Of a stretch of 32,000 nucleotides of DNA, positions 1 through 8,249 are shown piece by piece. How positions within the stretch are numbered: the first letter of the stretch is position 1; each line of letters starts with the position of its first letter. The notes under the pieces are model-generated. The model searched no databases. It was not told where the DNA came from and saw only the letters and a program-made list of their open reading frames with translations. Source of the DNA: Delftia acidovorans NBRC 14950 (GTDB lineage: Bacteria > Pseudomonadota > Gammaproteobacteria > Burkholderiales > Burkholderiaceae_C); assembly GCF_001598795.1 (NCBI RefSeq), contig NZ_BCZP01000002.1, positions 180,001 through 212,000 on the forward strand. Direction: 5' to 3'. The position numbers were made by a program, and so were the translations under genes.

Positions 1-360
<360 letters not shown>

Positions 361-445
361 TGCATATCCTCTTGCTGAAACAAGGGGCCAGTATGGTTTT
401 CCGAAGCGGCCTTGCCTACTGACAAAATCGCGCTTTGATCTTCCA

Positions 446-494
446 TTTTCGGAAAGCATTCCCGAAAAAATTCCCGAAAAACATTCCCGAAAAC
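446..494. promoter_or_regulatory. Candidate LysR operator/promoter region: three tandem ATTCCCGAAAA(A/C) units plus an inverted TTTTCGG half-site
   Basis: Direct repeats are at 458-469, 470-481 and 483-494. The inverted copy TTTTCGG at 446-452 faces CCGAAAA at 462-468. A further TTTTCCGAA lies at 397-405. All sit in the 148-bp divergent AKR/LysR intergenic region. Confidence 0.4.
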
Positions 495-508
495 AAAGGA
501 GCATTCCA

Positions 509-1393
509 TTGCAGTGGGACGACGCCCGCATCTTCCTGGCCATTGCCCGCGCCGGCAGCCTGAGCGGTGCCTCGGCCGCGCTGGGGCTTGGCGTGGCCAC
601 GGTCTCGCGCCGGCTGGACCGGCTGGAGTCTGCGCTGGCCATGCCCCTGTTCAGCCGCCACCAGAGCGGCTATCGGCTCACCGCCGACGGCCAGGCACTG
701 CTGGCCCCTGCCGAGGCGCTGGAGCAGGCGGCCCAGGCCCTGGGCGATGCCGCGCAAAGCCAGGCACAGGTCGCAGGCGTGGTGCGGCTGGCCACGGCGG
801 AGAACCTGGCCAACCCGCTGATCGTGCCCTCGCTGGTCCCTCTGTTCGCCCGCCACCCGGGTCTGCGCGTGCAGCTGGTCAGCGGAGTGCAGACGCTGAA
901 CCTGCACCGGCGCGACGCCGACCTGGCCGTGCGCATGACCCAGCCCGAGGCCGGCCACCTCACGATACGGCGCCTGGGCACGCTGGGCTTCGGCCTGTAC
1001 GGATCGCCCGGCTACGTGCAAGGCCGCGCAGGCGGCAACGACTCGGACCCGTTCGAGGGCGATGCCTTCATCGGCTGGGACGACAGCCATGCCCACCTGC
1101 CCGCCGCACGCTGGATGGCGCGCGCCCTGCGCGGGCGGCCCTGCCGGCTGGAGACCAACACCCTGTCCGCGCAGCTGGCCGCGGCCCAGGCCGGCCTGGG
1201 CCTGGCCGTGCTGCCGCATTTCCTGGCGCGGCAGGCGGGGCTGGTCTGCGTGGAGCCGCAGCTGGGCGCCGACCAGCCGATCTGGCTTGCCATGCATGCC
1301 GACCTTGCCCATTCACGGCGGGTGCGGGCCGTGGCCGACCACCTGATTGAACTGTTCGAGCGGCGGCATGCCGAACTCGAAGGCCCGGCCTGA
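509..1393 (+). CDS. LysR-family transcriptional regulator
   Basis: The frame of ORF 296..1393 contains the N-terminal wHTH (WDDARIFLAIARAGSLSGASAALGLGVATVSRRLDRLESALAMPLFSRH) followed by a LysR substrate-binding domain. I place the start at TTG 509 because AAGGAG at 496-501 lies 7 nt upstream and there is no in-frame ATG near the HTH. The exact start is uncertain. Confidence 0.85.
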   Translation: MQWDDARIFLAIARAGSLSGASAALGLGVATVSRRLDRLESALAMPLFSRHQSGYRLTADGQALLAPAEALEQAAQALGDAAQSQAQVAGVVRLATAENLANPLIVPSLVPLFARHPGLRVQLVSGVQTLNLHRRDADLAVRMTQPEAGHLTIRRLGTLGFGLYGSPGYVQGRAGGNDSDPFEGDAFIGWDDSHAHLPAARWMARALRGRPCRLETNTLSAQLAAAQAGLGLAVLPHFLARQAGLVCVEPQLGADQPIWLAMHADLAHSRRVRAVADHLIELFERRHAELEGPA

Positions 1394-1457
1394 GCCGCAG
1401 CAGGGGCCGCGCGCCGTGTTAAACACGCACGCAGATTGCGAGAAAGAAAGGACTTCC

Positions 1458-1973
1458 ATGCACCGCCTCCGTCATTCCTCCCGATTCCTGCCCTGGCTGG
1501 GCGCGCTGGCCGCCGCGCTGGCACTGGCCGCCTGTGCCGACAGGCCCAAGGCACCCACCGGCCCGCAGGCACCTCCGGGAGCGGCGGCTGCCGTGTATTC
1601 GCTGCTGTTTCTGGACAACGCCTCCAACCTCGGCCCCAAGGCGGCGGCCTACTGCATAGGCAACGGCCGGGGCTGGGCGCTGCTGGACCCCGATGCGGGC
1701 ACGCTGGCCTTGCTCAGCGGCCAGAGCCATGTGCGGCCGGCTTCGGCCTGCGACGTGGGCAAGGGCGGCGAGCAGGTGCTGGACCGGGCCAGCGGCCGGC
1801 CGGCGCTGATGTTCGGTGTCGAGCTCGTGCACTGCACGGCCTCGGGATCGCAATGCCTGATGCGCGGCAGCTACTACGAAGGTCCCGGCAACACGCAGAG
1901 CAACCTCTACAACGCAAGCCAGCGCGGCGGCAGCTGGCAAGCCGTGATGGCGCTGCGCGGGCCGGCGCCCTGA
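1458..1973 (+). CDS. Hypothetical lipoprotein
   Basis: The internal ATG at 1458 in ORF 1347..1973 is preceded by GAAAGGA. The product starts MHRLRHSSRFLPWLGALAAALALAAC, a signal peptide with an LAAC lipobox. Codon third positions are strongly G/C. I recognise no family. Confidence 0.6.
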   Translation: MHRLRHSSRFLPWLGALAAALALAACADRPKAPTGPQAPPGAAAAVYSLLFLDNASNLGPKAAAYCIGNGRGWALLDPDAGTLALLSGQSHVRPASACDVGKGGEQVLDRASGRPALMFGVELVHCTASGSQCLMRGSYYEGPGNTQSNLYNASQRGGSWQAVMALRGPAP

Positions 1974-2008
1974 GCCTGCGTCGCTGCTGTCGCGCGGCTC
2001 CCACCAAC

Positions 2009-2032
2009 GAAAAAGCCCGGCCGAAGCCGGGC
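2009..2032 (-). terminator. Rho-independent terminator for the minus-strand Bug gene (hairpin shared with the convergent lipoprotein gene)
   Basis: The stem is GCCCGGC (2015-2021) and GCCGGGC (2026-2032) around a 4-nt loop. On the minus strand the hairpin is followed by TTTTTC (A-run at 2009-2014). It lies 50 nt past the stop at 2082. Confidence 0.6.
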
Positions 2033-2081
2033 TTGATCGTGGTTGCAACTGGGCGATCCGTCGCGGTGGTGGTCCTCGGGA

Positions 2082-3071
2082 TCAGTCGGCGTAGGTGCCG
2101 GCTGCCTTGATGACCTTGCCCCACTTCTCGATCTCGGCCTGGACGAACTTCTTGTGGCCTTCGGGCTCGATGCGGCCGTCGCTGGCGATCACGGCGCCCA
2201 GGGCTTCCTGGCGCTTGATGAACTCGGGGTCCTTCAGGGCGGCCTTCATGGCCTCGTTGACCTTCTTGACGATGTCGGCCGGCGTGCCCTTGGGTGCGTA
2301 CAGGCCGTGCCAGATGGTGACCTGGAAGTCGGGCACGCCCACTTCGGCCAGCGTCGGCAGGTCCTTCAGTGCGGGCATGACCAGGCGCTTGGGCGTGGTC
2401 ACGGCATAGGCCTGGACCTTCTTGGCCGTGATCTGGCCCGTGGTGTTGGTGGTCTGGTCGCACAGCAGGTCGACCTGGTTGCCGATCAGGTCGGCGATGG
2501 CCGGCGCAGCGCCCTTGTAGGGCACGGGCGTCATTTCGGTCTTCATGGCCGACTGCAGCATCAGGCCGCACAGGTGGGAGGCGGAACCGATGCCGGCATT
2601 GGCCAGGTTGACCTTGCCCTGGTTCTTGCCGATCCAGTCCTTGACCTCGGCGAAGTTCTTGGCCGGCAGGCTGGGGCGGCCGATCAGCGTCATGGGCACG
2701 TCGTTGATGATGCCGGCGTACTCGAAGTCGTTGAGCACGTTGAACGACAGCTTGCGGTACAGCGACGGGATCGTGGACATGCCGATGTGGTTGATCAGCA
2801 GCGTGTAGCCGTCAGGACGGGCACGTGCGGCCTTGGCCGTGCCGATGGTGCTGCCGGCGCCGTCGGCGTTGTCCACCACGATGGTGGCATTGTTCAGGTG
2901 CTTGCGCATGGACTCGGCCAGATCGCGGGCCACCTTGTCGGTCGGGCCGCCTGCAGTGAACGGCACGATGAGGGTGATCGTCTTGCCTGCGGCAGGATAG
3001 TCCTGCGCATGAGCGCCAATGGCTGCGCCGGCTGCCAGGGCGATGGCTGCGATCTTGAACAATGCTTTCAT
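2082..3071 (-). CDS. Bug/TctC-family tripartite tricarboxylate transporter substrate-binding protein (periplasmic)
   Basis: From the internal start the product reads MKALFKIAAIALAAGAAIGAHAQDYPAAGKTITLIVPFTAGGPTDKVARDL...TPVPYKGAAPAIADLIGNQVDLLCD..., the typical Bug-family signature. The start ATG is the complement of 3069-3071, with a GGAGAC RBS 6 nt upstream. Confidence 0.9.
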   Translation of the reverse strand: MKALFKIAAIALAAGAAIGAHAQDYPAAGKTITLIVPFTAGGPTDKVARDLAESMRKHLNNATIVVDNADGAGSTIGTAKAARARPDGYTLLINHIGMSTIPSLYRKLSFNVLNDFEYAGIINDVPMTLIGRPSLPAKNFAEVKDWIGKNQGKVNLANAGIGSASHLCGLMLQSAMKTEMTPVPYKGAAPAIADLIGNQVDLLCDQTTNTTGQITAKKVQAYAVTTPKRLVMPALKDLPTLAEVGVPDFQVTIWHGLYAPKGTPADIVKKVNEAMKAALKDPEFIKRQEALGAVIASDGRIEPEGHKKFVQAEIEKWGKVIKAAGTYAD

Positions 3072-3313
3072 AGTGTCTCCAGGTGAATGGCGTGCAAATG
3101 ATACGGGGCGATGCGTTTTCGCCCTAAAGGGCAAACACGCAAAAGAAACCGAATGCACGAGGAGACGAATTTTAAGAATTGTTTCTATTGCGCCGCAGCA
3201 GATTCCCTTGCCATTGATCTAGTGCAAACCCTTGGAGGCTTGACAGGCGTCATGTTTTCAGGGTCTGCGACGGCTGCTCGGCGGCGAGGCCGCTGTCCCC
3301 CGCGCCTCGGTGG

Positions 3314-4561
3314 CTACTTGTACGACCTCGCGTCTTCGATCACCTTGCCGTCATTGGGAAGCGTGCCCGGCAGCACCATCTGCACGTCGCCGCGCAGCTT
3401 GGTCACTTCGCGCACCGCATCGGACAGCTGCTGGGCCAGGCCCGGTGAGGTTTCGCGGGTTTCGACCAGCAGCTGCATCTGGTCATTGGCCATCTCGCCC
3501 GTGACCACCAGCCTTGCCCGCCCCACCTGCGGAAAGCGGCGCACGACGTCGGCAATCTGGCCCGGGTGCACGAACATGCCGCGCACCTTGGTGGTCTGGT
3601 CGGCGCGTCCCATCCAGCCCTTGATGCGCGCGTTGGTGCGGCCCGTGGGGCACTGGCCGGGCAGCACGGCAGAGAGGTCGCCCGTGCCGAAGCGGATCAG
3701 CGGGTAGTCGGGGTTGAATGTGGTGATCACCAGCTCGCCCACCTCGCCGGGGGCCACCGGGTCGCCCGTGCCGGGGCGCACGATCTCGACGATGACCTGC
3801 TCGTCCAGCACCAGGCCTTCGCGCGCCTCGGTCTCGTAGGCGATCAGGCCCAGGTCGGCCGTGGCGTAGCACTGGTAGCCGGCAATGCCGCGCTCGGCCA
3901 GCCAGTCGCGCAGCGAGGGCGGGAAGGCCTCGCCCGAGACCATGGCCTTGGTCACGGAGGGGATGGGCAGGCCCATCTCCAGGGACTTTTCCACAATGAT
4001 CTTGAGGAAGCTGGGCGTGCCCACGTAGCCTGCGGGCTGCAGGTCGGCCATGGCCTGCACCTGCTGCTCGGTCTGGCCCGTGCCGCCTGCGAACACCGTG
4101 CAGCCCAGCGCATGGGCGCCGCTTTCCATCATCGAGCCCGCAGGCACGAAGTGGTAGCTGAAGCAGTTGTGCACCAGTTCGCCGGGCCGAAAGCCCGAGG
4201 CATGCAGCGCGCGCGCCATGCGCCAGTAGTCGGGGCGGCGGCTTTCGGGCTCGTAGATGGGGCCGGGGCTGCAGAACAGGCGCGGCATGGGCTGGCCCAG
4301 GCCAATGGCGTTGAAGCCGCCGAAGATCTGCGCGGGCCGCTGCTCGGCCTGGCGCTGCAGCAGCTCGTACTTGCGCGTCACCGGCAGGCGGGCCAGGGCC
4401 TCGCGGCTGGTGATCTGCGCGGCATCGACGCCGGCCAGGATCCGGGCGAAGGCGGCAGAGTGTTGCTGCGCATGGGCGATCTGCCGGGGCAGGGCGGACA
4501 GCAGCGCCGCTTCGCGTTCGTCAGGGGTGCGCGTCTCCAGCGCGTCGTAGAAGGCACTCAT
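3314..4561 (-). CDS. Phenylacetate-CoA ligase (PaaK)-like adenylate-forming enzyme
   Basis: The 415-aa ORF is a short PaaK/F390-synthetase-type AMP-forming ligase (..GGTGQTEQQVQAMADLQPAGYVGTPSFL.., ..YATADLGLIAYE.., ..IRFGTGDLS.., ..KVRGMFVHPGQI..). It is the last gene of the ABC-transporter block. Confidence 0.85.
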   Translation of the reverse strand: MSAFYDALETRTPDEREAALLSALPRQIAHAQQHSAAFARILAGVDAAQITSREALARLPVTRKYELLQRQAEQRPAQIFGGFNAIGLGQPMPRLFCSPGPIYEPESRRPDYWRMARALHASGFRPGELVHNCFSYHFVPAGSMMESGAHALGCTVFAGGTGQTEQQVQAMADLQPAGYVGTPSFLKIIVEKSLEMGLPIPSVTKAMVSGEAFPPSLRDWLAERGIAGYQCYATADLGLIAYETEAREGLVLDEQVIVEIVRPGTGDPVAPGEVGELVITTFNPDYPLIRFGTGDLSAVLPGQCPTGRTNARIKGWMGRADQTTKVRGMFVHPGQIADVVRRFPQVGRARLVVTGEMANDQMQLLVETRETSPGLAQQLSDAVREVTKLRGDVQMVLPGTLPNDGKVIEDARSYK

Positions 4562-4647
4562 GGCTAGTCCTGTATGTGGAAAAGGGCAGATGGAGTCCGG
4601 CCAGTGATAGTGGTTTATTCCAGAAATTCAGCAACGCCGTTGCCTGC

Positions 4648-4759
4648 GAACCCGGCGCGGCCCCAGGCGAGAGACACCGAGGAAGGGCCGCCCCGCACCG
4701 AGGGTGTCGTCCCCCCCGCGAAGCGAGAGGGGGAAGGCGCGAAGCGACTCAGGGGGCAT
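4648..4759 (-). repeat. Structured intergenic repeat, copy A (REP/BIME-like)
   Basis: This copy aligns over about 110 nt with 5658-5778 and with the reverse complement of 20050-20170. The shared core is GACACCGAGGAAGGGCCGCC.CGCACCGAGGGTGTCGTCCCCC..CGCGAAGCG..AGAGGGGGAAGGCGCG.AAGCG.CTCAGGGGG. It starts 3 nt after the livF-like stop codon. Confidence 0.8.
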
Positions 4760-5605
4760 TCAAGCCAGCCAGCGTTTTCTGCGCTTGTAGCTCTTGACGT
4801 CCTTGAAGCTTTTCCGCTCGCCGCCGCCCACGCCCAGGTAGAACTCCTTGACGTCCTCGTTGCTGGCCAGGTCCGAGGCCGCGCCGTCCATGACGATGCG
4901 GCCGCTTTCCATGATGTAGCCGTAGTCCGAGTACTTGAGCGCCATGTTGGTGTTCTGCTCGGCCAGCAGGAAGGTGACCTTTTCCTTGCTGTTGAGGTCG
5001 CGGACGATGTTGAACACCTCCTCGACGATCTGCGGGGCCAGCCCCATCGAAGGTTCGTCCAGGAGCACCATGCGCGGATTGGCCATCAGCGCGCGGCCGA
5101 TGGCGCACATCTGCTGCTCGCCGCCCGAGGTGTAGGCGGCCTGCGAGGTACGGCGCGTCTTCAAGCGCGGAAAGTAGTTGTAAACCTTCTCGAGGTTGGC
5201 CGCTATCTCGCCCTTGTCAGTGCGCGTGTAGCTGCCGGTCATGAGGTTTTCCTCGATGGTCAGGTGGGCGAAGCAGTGCCGCCCCTCCATGACCTGGACC
5301 ACGCCGCGCTGCACCAGCTCGGAGGGCGTGAGGCTTTCGATGCGCTCGCCCTCCAGCTCGATCGTGCCCTTGGTCACCTCGCCGCGCTCGCCCTTGAGCA
5401 GGTTGGAGATGGCGCGCAGCGTCGTGGTCTTGCCCGCGCCGTTGCCGCCCAGAATGGCCACGATGCTCTCGCGCGGCACCTGGAGCGAAACGCCCTTGAG
5501 CACCAGGATCACATGGTTGTAGATGACTTCGATGCCATTGACCACGAGCAGCGGATCGCTGGCGGCCGGGGCGGAGGTGGGTGCGGTGGTCATGGCGTCG
5601 TCCAT
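4760..5605 (-). CDS. HAAT-family ABC transporter ATP-binding protein (LivF-like)
   Basis: The product carries Walker A GGNGAGKTTT, the signature SGGEQQM, Walker B VLLDEPSMGL, and a basic C-terminal tail. The start may be ATG 5605 or ATG 5593; this is ambiguous. Confidence 0.9.
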   Translation of the reverse strand: MDDAMTTAPTSAPAASDPLLVVNGIEVIYNHVILVLKGVSLQVPRESIVAILGGNGAGKTTTLRAISNLLKGERGEVTKGTIELEGERIESLTPSELVQRGVVQVMEGRHCFAHLTIEENLMTGSYTRTDKGEIAANLEKVYNYFPRLKTRRTSQAAYTSGGEQQMCAIGRALMANPRMVLLDEPSMGLAPQIVEEVFNIVRDLNSKEKVTFLLAEQNTNMALKYSDYGYIMESGRIVMDGAASDLASNEDVKEFYLGVGGGERKSFKDVKSYKRRKRWLA

Positions 5606-5657
5606 GGGCGTTGATACGAAAGCAGAGTGCGGTGGCCGCAACTCTCGAAGCATCTCT

Positions 5658-5778
5658 GCGCGGGGCATGCCCCAACTCAGGGACACCGAGGAAGGGCCGC
5701 CGCGCACCGAGGGTGTCGTCCCCCTCCCCCGCGAAGCGGGGAGAGAGGGGGAAGGCGCGCAAGCGCCTCAGGGGGTGC
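5658..5778 (-). repeat. Structured intergenic repeat, copy B
   Basis: This copy belongs to the same family as 4648-4759. It contains an extra GGGGCATGCCCC palindrome at 5662-5673. Its CCCCCTGAG end overlaps the last codons and the TGA stop (5768-5770) of the binding-protein gene. Confidence 0.8.
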
Positions 5779-7084
5779 AAGTTCTAGCTTTTACGTTCTT
5801 TTCCTTGGCGTACTTGTCCGCGTACTCCTTGACCAGCGGTTCGACCATGGACTTGTCGGCCTGGTACCAGTCGGAGACCACCTTCCACTTGGCGCCATCC
5901 CACTGGGCGATGCGCGACCAGTCGGTGCCCAGGTGGTTGTCGCAGCTGGTCTTGACGGGGCGGATGATCTTGCCGAAGCCCAGCTCGTTGAGGCGCTCCT
6001 GCGTGAGGTTCAGGTTCTCCAGGCCCCAGCGCACCTGCTCGGAGGTCATGACCTTGCCCTTGCCGTATTTTTCCTGCGCCGTGCGGATGGCCTCCACCTG
6101 CAGCATGGAGATCACCATGCCGCGCGTGTGGGCCATGGCGCCCAGTTCCTTGGCGTCGGTGGCCGTGCCCTGGCCCTTGTCGTAGACCATGGCCTTGACC
6201 TCGTCGTGCACCTTGTCGTGCTCGGCCGTGTTGTGGATGGTCACGGTGTTGTAGCCCTTGGCGCCGGCGCCGATGTCCTTCACGTCATGGTCCGAGCCGG
6301 CCCACCAGATGGCGTACATCTTCTCGCGCGGGTAGCCGGTGGCCTGCGCCTCGCGCACGGCCGTGGGCGTCATCACGCCGGCCGACCACAGCAGCACGTA
6401 GTCGGGGCGCTGCTGGCGGATCTGCAGCCAGGTCGATTTCTGCTCCACGCCGGGCGCCGTCACGGGCAGCAGGGTCAGGTCGAAGCCTTCCTTGGCGGCG
6501 CGTTTTTGCAGCAGCGGAATGGGTTCCTTACCATAGGGCGAGTCGTGGTAGACCAGGGCGATCTTCTTGCCCTTGAGGCTGCCCTTTTCCTTCTTGAGGA
6601 TGTCCTGGATGATGGAATCGGCCGCTGTCCAGTAGTTGCCCAGCAGCGGGAAGTTCCACTCGAAGACCTTGCCGTCGGCCGACTGCGACAGGCCATAGCC
6701 CGTGGTGATGATGGGCATCTTGTCGCCGGGCGCCTTGTCCGTCACGGCGAACGTGATGCCGGTGGACTGCGGATCGAACCCGGCCGCGCCGCCGCCCTTG
6801 CCCTTCAGGCGCTCATAGCACTCCACGCCCTTGGCCGTGTCGTAGGCCGTCTCGCATTCCTCGTAGGCGATCTTCACGCCATTGATGCCGCCCTTGGCGT
6901 TGACCAGCTTGATGTAGTCCTGCTTGCCATCGGCCCATGGAATGCCCAGCGGCGCGAACTGGCCCGTGCGGTAGACCAGCAGCGGCACGAACTGGTCCTG
7001 GGCCTGGGCGGCAGGGGCGGCCACGAGAGCGCCGATTCCAGCAGCGACCGTGGCAGCGGCGATGGCGACTTTCTTGAACATCAT
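5768..7084 (-). CDS. ABC transporter periplasmic substrate-binding protein (LivK/type I PBP family)
   Basis: From the internal start the product reads MMFKKVAIAAATVAAGIGALVAAPAAQAQDQFVPLLVYRTGQFAPLG.., a signal peptide with an AQA cleavage site. A GGAGAC RBS lies 6 nt upstream of ATG 7084. The protein is about 438 aa and sits among liv-like permease and ATPase genes. Confidence 0.9.
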   Translation of the reverse strand: MMFKKVAIAAATVAAGIGALVAAPAAQAQDQFVPLLVYRTGQFAPLGIPWADGKQDYIKLVNAKGGINGVKIAYEECETAYDTAKGVECYERLKGKGGGAAGFDPQSTGITFAVTDKAPGDKMPIITTGYGLSQSADGKVFEWNFPLLGNYWTAADSIIQDILKKEKGSLKGKKIALVYHDSPYGKEPIPLLQKRAAKEGFDLTLLPVTAPGVEQKSTWLQIRQQRPDYVLLWSAGVMTPTAVREAQATGYPREKMYAIWWAGSDHDVKDIGAGAKGYNTVTIHNTAEHDKVHDEVKAMVYDKGQGTATDAKELGAMAHTRGMVISMLQVEAIRTAQEKYGKGKVMTSEQVRWGLENLNLTQERLNELGFGKIIRPVKTSCDNHLGTDWSRIAQWDGAKWKVVSDWYQADKSMVEPLVKEYADKYAKEKNVKARTCTP

Positions 7085-7163
7085 GACGTTGTCTCCTAGT
7101 TGGCTGGGGAAGATTCCCCGGTTATCCGGCACTCTGTGGCGCCCTGTCTCGATACAGATCAAC

Positions 7164-8228
7164 TCAATGCGGGAAGGGCCAGACACGCAGTTTTTGTCTT
7201 GCGGTCGCCCACAGTTTTGCCAGGCCATGCGGCTCCACGATCAGGAAGAACACGATCAGCGCACCGAAGATCATGTGCTCCAGGTAGGTCGCCGTGGCCG
7301 TGGACAGCGGCAGGCCCATCCAGTGCGGCACCTGGGTGAGCAGCAGCGGCAGCAGCACGAAGAAGGCCGCGCCGAAGATGCTTCCCACCACCGAACCCAG
7401 GCCGCCGATGATGATCATGAACAGCAGCTGCAGCGAGCGGTCCAGGCTGAAGGCCGCGGGCTCCCAGGCGCCCAGGTGAACGAAGCCCCACAGCGCGCCG
7501 GCCACGCCGACGATGAAGCTGCTCACGGCAAAGGCGCTGAGCTTGGCGTAGGTCGGGCGGATGCCGATCACGCTGGCGGCCACGTCCATGTCGCGCATGG
7601 CCATCCACTCGCGGCCGATGGCGCCGCGCACCAGGTTCTTGGCGGCCAGGCCCAGCACGCACAGGATGCCCAGGCACAGCAGGTACTTCTCCATGGGCGT
7701 GTCGATCTTCCAGCCCATGATGGACAGCGGGCCTGCGCTCACCGAGCCCGAGGAGGAGTTGTTCGTCACCCAGGCCGCGCGGCTGGCCAGCCAGTCCACG
7801 AAGAACTGGGCGGCCAGCGTGGCCACGGCCAGGTACAGGCCCCGGATGCGCAGGCTGGGCAGGCCGAAGATCACGCCGAAGACCATGGCCAGCACGCCGC
7901 CGCCGATCAGGGCCACCAGCAGCGGCATGCCCTCGAAGCGCACCTGCAGGTTGTAGGCCGCGTAGGCGCCCACGGCCATGAAGGCGCCGGTGCCCAGAGA
8001 GATCTGGCCGCAGTAGCCGACCAGGATGTTCAGCCCCAGCGCCGCCAGCGACATGATCAGGAAGGGGATCAGCACGGCCTGGAAGGTGTAGTCGCTGACG
8101 CTGAAGGGAATCACCAGGAAGGCGACGGCCAGCAGCGCCACGATGGCCCAGCGGTCCTGGGCGACGCCGAAGATCTGCTGGTCGGATGCGTAGGTCGTCT
8201 TGAATTGACCGTTCTCACGATAAAACAT
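7164..8228 (-). CDS. HAAT-family ABC transporter permease (LivM-like)
   Basis: The 354-aa product is polytopic and hydrophobic (MFYRENGQFKTTYASDQQIFGVAQDRWAIVALLAVAFLVIPF...). It lies immediately downstream of the LivH-like gene. Confidence 0.9.
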   Translation of the reverse strand: MFYRENGQFKTTYASDQQIFGVAQDRWAIVALLAVAFLVIPFSVSDYTFQAVLIPFLIMSLAALGLNILVGYCGQISLGTGAFMAVGAYAAYNLQVRFEGMPLLVALIGGGVLAMVFGVIFGLPSLRIRGLYLAVATLAAQFFVDWLASRAAWVTNNSSSGSVSAGPLSIMGWKIDTPMEKYLLCLGILCVLGLAAKNLVRGAIGREWMAMRDMDVAASVIGIRPTYAKLSAFAVSSFIVGVAGALWGFVHLGAWEPAAFSLDRSLQLLFMIIIGGLGSVVGSIFGAAFFVLLPLLLTQVPHWMGLPLSTATATYLEHMIFGALIVFFLIVEPHGLAKLWATARQKLRVWPFPH

Positions 8229-8249
8229 GGTGCAAGTTCTCCGTAACGG

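Noticed and set aside
4574-5787. A conserved peptide (..RDTEEGPPRTEGVVP.PREAGREGEGA..) appears in ORFs crossing all three repeat copies: 4574..5614, 5523..6185 and 5581..5787, plus the start of 18418..20181.
   Set aside because: The conservation follows from the DNA repeat itself. The copies have no common start or stop codon. The ORFs run on into the antisense of neighbouring genes. Differences between copies track hairpin pairing rather than codon structure. I treat the element as a structured nucleic-acid element, not a gene.
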